Shown in pieces: positions 56,754 to 64,000 of a stretch of 64,000 nt of DNA. The translations under genes and the position numbers were made by a program. The notes under the pieces are model-generated. The model did no database searches, was not told where the DNA came from, and worked only from the letters and a program-made list of their open reading frames with translations. Position 1 is the first letter of the stretch; every line of letters starts with the position of its first letter. Origin of the DNA: the human T2T-CHM13v2.0 reference genome, Homo sapiens; assembly GCF_009914755.1 (NCBI RefSeq), contig NC_060929.1. The stretch is one strand, 5' to 3'.

Positions 56754-56909
56754 TTAGATATTTTTAGTTCTCACAATCATCACTGTTCTTCTTTCCCATT
56801 ATTTCAGGAGTTCAGGTTGAGGGATATTTATTCACACCATTGAAAAGTTTAAAGAAATATTATACAGGGAAATAAGATCACTTGGGAGAACTCTGCCTTC
56901 CAGAAGCAA

Positions 56910-57155
56910 GTGTAGCATTCTGGTTAGGAGCACAGGCCCTGATGTCAAACTGTCTGGGTTCAAATGCTGAATCAGCTCCATTCTAGAGGCTTCCTAACTT
57001 CTCTCAATTCTAGTTTCTTTATCTGTATAATGGGCATATTAGAATATCTCCCTTATAGTATGGTTATGAAGAATAATCAGGATAAAACATGCAATTCATT
57101 TAACACAGAACCTCATAAATGGTAAGACTCAAGAAATATTAGTTCTTGTTATTAT
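56910..57155 (+). mobile_element. MIR
   Basis: TGGTTAGGAGCACAGG...CTGGGTTCAAAT...ATCTGTATAATGGG. Confidence 0.75.
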
Positions 57156-60100
57156 TTGTGGCTTAGACCAAGAAAAAATTCAACATCCAATCTCAGAAAG
57201 TTGTGTTTTGCCACTTTGAAACTTTCCCCTGTTAATATAAAACTACTAAATCAGAGTGCCCCACCATCACCACCTCAGGTCACACCTCCCTGACTCTCTC
57301 CTTGAGAAAAATAGAAAGTTGTGCAAGATGCCTCCCAAATATTATAAACTTTGGGCCCCACAGAACCTGGGTCTATGGCAGTTCCCAAGTCAGTGGGGGA
57401 GAAAAGCTGAAGCAGTGTAGTAACAATATATTGGAGGTTGCTGATCCTCTTCGCAGAAGAAGATGAAGACTTATTTCAAGATGAAGACTTTTAATTGGAC
57501 TAAAATAAACTGATAGAGATAGTGAGGTAAAGACAGAATGTGAGATAATATAAGCAAAAAAGCAGCACTTTTTGATACAAGTGCATTATTGAATTCAATT
57601 AACTAAAGGTACCACAGTAAGGTCGATGTTTGATGTAAAAACACTCAAAGAGGTGACAAGAATATTTTCTGTCCAGTGTTCAGTGAGTGAAGGGATAAGT
57701 CATCAGAGCTATCACGTGTCCAGAGTCACAACACTGGAATACCCATCTAGATGTAAAAGTTATCAGCTCTCCTCTGTTTTTCTTGAAGACAAAGTGGGAA
57801 GAGATGTGCTAAAATGGCAAAGGAAAAGTTTAAGAACAAATGCATAAGGAAGACTGTCTTGTTTTGTCAAACATGGGAAGTTACATGGGGAGGTTGCTGT
57901 CCATTCTTAATGGGAACTTTCCAAAGGAATGCATTTTAATCTGGGTGCAATGGTGTAAAGAAAGAAAGCAGTGAATTGGTGACTTATAAAGGCTCCTGCC
58001 TCCAAAAAACCCCTTTTTAAATTAAAGGGTGTCATCTGGCACACAGAATAGTTCCCTGAGCTTACAGGAATGATTTCTACAGATATTTTTTAGCCAGACG
58101 GAGAATTGTCATCCTGGGAATCAAAATCAGACTAATTTTGTCCAGACCTAGAAACCTCCTGGGACTTGGCTAGTGCAGGTGCCTGTCAGGACCAGGGTTT
58201 GTACATCGTCAGATTCTTTCTTCCTCCTCTAGCCCCAGAGGCTGTGCTCTAGAGCATACTTTACCTCTAGAGTAGTTGTCCCCTGAGCATTTGTTTTCTT
58301 TCCTGACACAGGAAGGAAGATAAATACTGTTCTGTCACAGTTTGAGAAGGCAGTCCATGATCATGATATAGCTAATAAGGTGCTCAGGAGGGAAGAGTTC
58401 ACTAGATGGTGGACAACGCGTGGTGTTTGGTAATAGGAGATATATGCAAAATTTGTGTTAACAGGTTATTTAATTCTGTTTACTAATTTATACCTGCATT
58501 TGGGAAGTAGAGAAAAGAACACATTGAAAATCACTGAGTATATTAAAAATAAAATGCTGTCAAATTAGGAAAGTTAAAGAACGGGCCAAAGAGAATATAG
58601 TATTACATTAATTACCTGTTTGACTCATTGCGCTCAAGCCAGCAAACTTGAGGCAGCTGAAATAATTACTGTATTTATTATTTTGGCTCCACCCCAGCTT
58701 GAAAACCAATCCTTCTTGGATGAAGAGAATATATAAAATCAAAACATACTTGTTCACCTGCTCAGTTTCAAAGAGATCTTCTGTCTGGTCTTCCTGGTAT
58801 CCCAATTTCCTAGAAACTGGTTTCCCTGTTCTTCTATCCCAGCTCTCTAGTAGATGGGTTCCTGCCCAAATGTGCTTCCCTAGTATCCCAGTCCTTTTAG
58901 AAACTACATTCCTGATGTGAATGCTAATCTCTGTATTCAGTTTGGGTTCTGGTCAAGTATCCATCATAACTGGAACGTTGAATCCTGTCTTTTGACTCAT
59001 GTCCTACTGTGGATGCCTCTTGATTAGCCATCACCTTGCTTTTGCATTTCTGCCCCTTTATTTACTTTTGCCTTATTTATCTGCCTGCACTGTGTTCTTG
59101 AGTCTTCTGATTTGACTCCCTATATCCCAGTCCATCGTTTGGATTTTATATCCACCAAATGCTTTCTCCAGTCTATTTTCAATTATGTTAATATCATTTT
59201 GCTTGCCTCCTCTAATTAGAAAAGAACAAATAAAGAGGAACAAAATGTGCCTGACCAGGATGAAAAATAAATCACCCAGAAAGTGGTGAATCATAAGCCT
59301 TGGAATTGTCTCCTTTTCGTTCCCGAAGAACATTGTTGCAATGAGAAGGCAATAACAGACCACCAAAAAGATAGGAAGGGCATATGAGAATTTCAATCTC
59401 CTTATTTTTGTGATGTCAAGGCCTTTCATATGTGTCCTTAAAGTTCCTGCATTTGTAAAATTTTTGCATATTCAATACATCACATAAAAAATTTTGGAAA
59501 ACCTGATGAGGAGCATATGAAAATTGGAAGCATGAATAGGAAAGAAACTTTTAATAATAGGTTAGTTATTTGTTGCTGTTGTTGTTAAATTCACAATTAG
59601 TGGAAAGTAACCATGGAAAGAATGGGCATGTTGAGAGAGCATTATCATTTTTTTTTTATTTCAAAGAACTTTTTTTTTTTTTTTTTTACTATTCAGTTTG
59701 AATGGTTTAATAATCTCTTCCAATTCCCCATCCCTGATGTCACAAAAGTGTCATATTTGGAAAACCAAAAGGTTTAATAATCTTTTAGTAAGCCTTTCTG
59801 GCTTCCTGAACTCAAGAAAGAAAATCAAACAAAACAAGTGTTGAACATTCAAGCTGTATTCTGTAATTTTTTACCTGCTTTTCTTCTTCCTTTGTTCTTC
59901 TGTCTTCCTCTTTCCCTTTGTCTCTCCTGCTATCACTCACTCTCTCTCTAAATGACTAGATATTCATTATCCGGATATATTCTGTTGCTGGAACAGTAAA
60001 AGATCTGTGATTTCTATCCCCGAAGACTCCAGATTTTTTCTGGGATTTTCCTATAAAAAGACTTAACTGAAGAAGAATAGACAGGATTTAGAGAAACTCT

Positions 60101-60269
60101 TTAAATTTTGGATATACTATAAGTTCCAAAATTAATATATTCCTTTGAAAGATAAAAATTTTTAAAAGGAAAGGTGGAAAGACAGAAAAAGTAGTTGGAG
60201 CTACCCACTCAAGGCTTAGTCATAATTAACTTTAATACTGAAGTAGATTTTTTGGAAAGATGATTAGCT

Positions 60270-61090
60270 TTCATTAGTGTTTTAAAAGTACATATGTTCA
60301 TTGTAGAAAATGTGCAAATACAAAAAGTAGAAAGAAAAAGACATCACTGGAAATCTTACTACCCAAAGGTAACTATTTGGCATACAGCTTTCCGATTTTT
60401 CCCTATATATATGTTCCATATTTTAAAGAAAATATACATATGATATCACCAACTGTGTTTTCACATATATGTTATGAATCTTTTCTAAAATATTTAAATA
60501 TACATTGAAATCCTGGTTATAAGTAGCAACACAGGAGTAATTTATTTAAGCAATACCTTATTACTGGCTTTTCTTTTTTCCTGATTATTTTTGTCATTAT
60601 AAATAATGATAATTTTCAATGGTATAAATACCTCTTTGGGTGGATAAGTCCCAGAAAATAGAATTTTGAGGTTCTTACAGTTATGTTGCCTAGTTGACAT
60701 CCTAATTGCTGTGATTTTACACTTCCAACAAGAGGGCATGAGATACCTATTTCTTTGAACCCTGCAATGCTTGTCATAATTATTCTTTTGATTGCCAGTT
60801 TTGAATTCATTATATTTTCCCTTTCATCTTTTGAGGTGTCTTTTCATTTGCATTTTTTTCTTTATAAGTTACTAACTTTTCTATTGTTCTGTGCATCTTT
60901 ATTTTCATTGATTTGTGAGGCTTTTTCCTCTTATAAATAGGCTTGTTTTTCCTGAAAATAAGCTTTTCTAATTCTTTGCATTTTGTTTATGGCATGTTTT
61001 GGTCATCCTTAATTTTTTTTATTCTCGTGGAGTTATATTTATCAATTATTTTCTTAAAAATAAATGTATCCAAAAGACAAGCCATACTAA
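60270..61090 (-). mobile_element. Old L1ME-like 3' fragment
   Basis: CATATGTTCATTGTAGAAAAT...; antisense ORF2-like remnants (60542-60810). Confidence 0.6.
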
Positions 61091-61777
61091 TGTTAAAACC
61101 ATTATAACATTTTCTAAAGTCCGTGTTATTTTATAATTATAACCCACTTTACAACTCACATAGATATATGTTAGGTGTGAGTATAACAGAAACCTCAGCA
61201 GACTAAGAACCTGTAGAAAAGCAATGTCAGAACAGAGAAACAAAGTTCAGAATTGAAAATAGCAGGAAACAGACATTATATGTCACCTCGGGCACTGAAC
61301 GTATGCAAGCTGTATATGGATCACTGTTAGAAGCTCTTGAAGCAGTTGACATCAACACTAGGAAATGATCTTTCTTTGTTCAGTAGATCAAAATATAGTA
61401 ACAGGTGTGTAGCAGGTGCCTCTGAGTTCCCTACAAGGTTCCTTGGCCTGCATCTGATGTTAGCCCCAATGGCAGCGTGGGCAGGTCTGTGCACAGTCAG
61501 CATCCCACCTCAAGCACACCATGCCTGCCTTACTGCATTTGCCAAGGCTTTTCTGATGGCACAGCTCCCTAGATCTACACTTGCAAGTGTGGCCTGGAAG
61601 TGCAGTGCCTTGAAACACTGCCACTCTCACACTAACCCTCATCTGATAGAAGACCAGAGCCAGGAGATAAGTTATTGAGTCTTCCCTCTTTCGAATGGAC
61701 AATTCTGGAAAGCTTTCTGTATGCTTTTCAGATAATAGCTGTATTGAAACACCCTTGCTCATTGAAATGAGTGAGCT

Positions 61778-61892
61778 AGGAAAGGAGAAAAAGACAATGT
61801 AAAGATACATTATCGATGACCTTGATTTTTTTTAAAGATACATTATGAAGGTATGCATGATATATCTTTACATTGTCTTTTTCTTCTTTCCT
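61778..61892. repeat. 30-bp inverted repeat with 55-nt spacer
   Basis: AGGAAAGGAGAAAAAGACAATGTAAAGATA (61778-61807) versus TATCTTTACATTGTCTTTTTCTTCTTTCCT (61863-61892); 29/30 complementary. Confidence 0.95.
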
Positions 61893-61905
61893 GTCTCACC
61901 CTCCC

Positions 61906-62272
61906 TGTCTTAGTCAGCTTGGGCTGCTATAGGAAAATACTATAAACAAGTTGCTCAAACAACAAAAATTATTTTCTCACAGTTCTGAAGGCTGGGAAGT
62001 CCAGGATACCTGTGCCAGCAGATTCAGTTTCTGGTGAAGGCTCTCTTCCTGGTTTGTAGACAGCTGCCTTCCTCTGTGTCCTCACATGGCAGAGAGAGGA
62101 GAGAGAGCCCTGATCTCTCTTCTTTTAAGGACAATAATCTCATCATGGGGACCACCTCCTCATGACTTCATCTAAGCCTGTTTACCTTCCACAGGCCTCG
62201 CCTCCAAATGTCATCACGCTGGGGATTAGGGCTTCAATATATGAATTTTGGGAGAACACAAACTTTCAGTCT
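61906..62272 (-). mobile_element. MLT1A/MLT1A0 MaLR solo LTR
   Basis: TGTCTTAGTCAGCTTGGGCTGCTATA...CTCACAGTTCTGAAGGCTGGGAAGTCCA...GGGGATTAGGGCTTCAATATATGAATTTTGGG. Confidence 0.88.
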
Positions 62273-64000
62273 CCTCAGTCTTGCTCCCTGTTGCTTCACT
62301 CCTTTTTCCCAGAATCACCTCCCAAATAAACCACCTGCTCACCACAAGTTCCCTCCTCAGGCTCCACTTTTAAAGGAACTCAAATTCAAATAGTGTCTTC
62401 TCTAAAACATATCTGTTAACTGTGCTTGGATGATATAAAATCATGTTTTTTCAAAGATCTATTTTATAATTGTAAAGATGTTACCCTTCCTTCCCCAGTG
62501 ATGTTTCATTGTCATGAATTCCTAACATTTCCATTCTCTTTCTTTATCCACAGATTCTGTCAATTAATCAATGATTTTTTAAATGTACTAGGGAAGCTTA
62601 CTACATAAAGGTAATCTACTGCACACAGGGGCATAATATAAAAGTGCAGTCATGCTGGGTATTCCCAGTGCCTTTTTAAAGTGTGGGCTTGATTTCTTTC
62701 CCAGCCTCTCTCCAACCAACAAAGACTAAAGAGAGAGAAAGGGGAGCAGCCTCTCCTGGTTCCTTTCCTGAAGTCAAGCTCATTCTGGCCTCTTGGAAAG
62801 GAGGAACTTCCAGCTGCTGGCAGCCAATATGTCTGCCTGCTTTGGAGCTATTTTTCATGACCTATATCTCTGCCAGGAAAATGAATGTCAGGAATGTACA
62901 TCAGAACTTGTAAAGTAGGATAGCCTTCCCCTCTGCCTTTCCCCCAAACCTTACGCGTTTAAAATAACTCGGAGTGTGGAATGAGGAAGGGAAGATTGAG
63001 GCTGACTATGCAATTATTCAGACTATATTATTTCTATTTGGATAAACATTGATCCCACAAATGCCAGGAAAGTTGGCAATCACCATTGTAGAGAGTGCTC
63101 CATTAAAATTTATGAGCCAACATACTGTGAGGACATAATTATTATTTATAATTACTTCCATGATGCTCAGTGCTGGTTTTGAGACTATCTTGTGTCAGGT
63201 GGTATATAAGATGCCACTGAAATATCTGACCCTAAAAATCCTCTCATAAGTGTGGCCAAAGGATACTGAAATGAAACAGTAGAATAGAAAATCAGATGTC
63301 TTTCAGAGACAGTGTTGTCAGAGAAGGTGTCTTCTGTAGGATGCTAATCACACTTAACATCATTTTATAAAGAGGACATCAATTCTTCTGCTGTTAACTG
63401 GTACTCTAGTGCAATATTGTAATTATACTAACTTTCCGATCATCTGACAACAGAGGCTTCCAAAAGACAGTTTTAGTTGAGTTACCTTTTTGGTATTTTG
63501 TACTCTTGTTTTAGGAATAAAGAAATACATATTTTTCTTAATCAGATCATTCCTTGGATTGTGATTTATCCCATCAAACCAACCATCCTGGAGCCATGTT
63601 CATAAATGAACTGCTTTAGCTGCTTTTGATCTCTCCTGCAGGCTGACTGTCATCACCTGTCAGCAACTTCATATAATAAGATCTGGTGTGCTCTGTCAGT
63701 TTGTATCAGAGCAAAGTTAATGTGTGAGTGCAAAAAGAGTTGACCCCTAAAAGAATGGAGGTGTGCTATGTGCTGGTGCAGGCTGTACTCAGTAGTCAAT
63801 AGAATGCGTAGAGTCTCTGTAAATGTGGTATTTAAGGAACAGGCTGTTTTCACTGTGTACCGTTGTTTAGTTTTTCCAATCCTCCTGCTGTGGCCCACTT
63901 ACGAAGGAGAAAACAAGAGAGTGCACAGAAGCCTGCCACCATGGTAGCTCCGCCAGTGTGCGTGGTAACAATTTATTTTCATATTGGTCAAAATGTTCTA

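Larger units (their letters stand above)
61405..62392 (+). mobile_element. LTR16/LTR33-like ERVL LTR interrupted by MLT1A
   Basis: TGTAGCAGGTGC start and 3' part ATCACCTCCCAAATAAACCACCTGC...CTCAGGCTC. Confidence 0.55.

Overview
Human genomic DNA containing the 5' end of RAB3C, a Rab3-family secretory-vesicle GTPase, on the + strand. A human-specific AluYb8 supports the species call. The window holds a CpG-rich promoter (~3.4-5.0 kb) with two alternative coding first exons (MELYGK at 3723-3740 and MRHEAPMQ at 4535-4558), a ~35.7 kb intron 1, coding exon 2 (40228-40455, P-loop to switch I) and the first ~23.5 kb of intron 2. The rest is mostly L1, Alu, MIR, LTR and DNA-transposon remnants plus a ~3 kb AT-rich compound minisatellite. 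Almost all ORFs in the supplied track are repeat-derived or spurious. I found no novel multi-gene system. The best leads are the promoter architecture (divergent ACTACAnnTCCC pair, rearranged REST half-sites, overlapping uORF), a stop-free ATG-starting exon 2 that would give an endless ORF if circularised, an Alu+L1 block inside one target-site duplication, head-to-head L1s with complementary deletions, two long inverted repeats and a probably polymorphic AluYb8. Repeat subfamily names and most repeat boundaries were judged by eye and are approximate.
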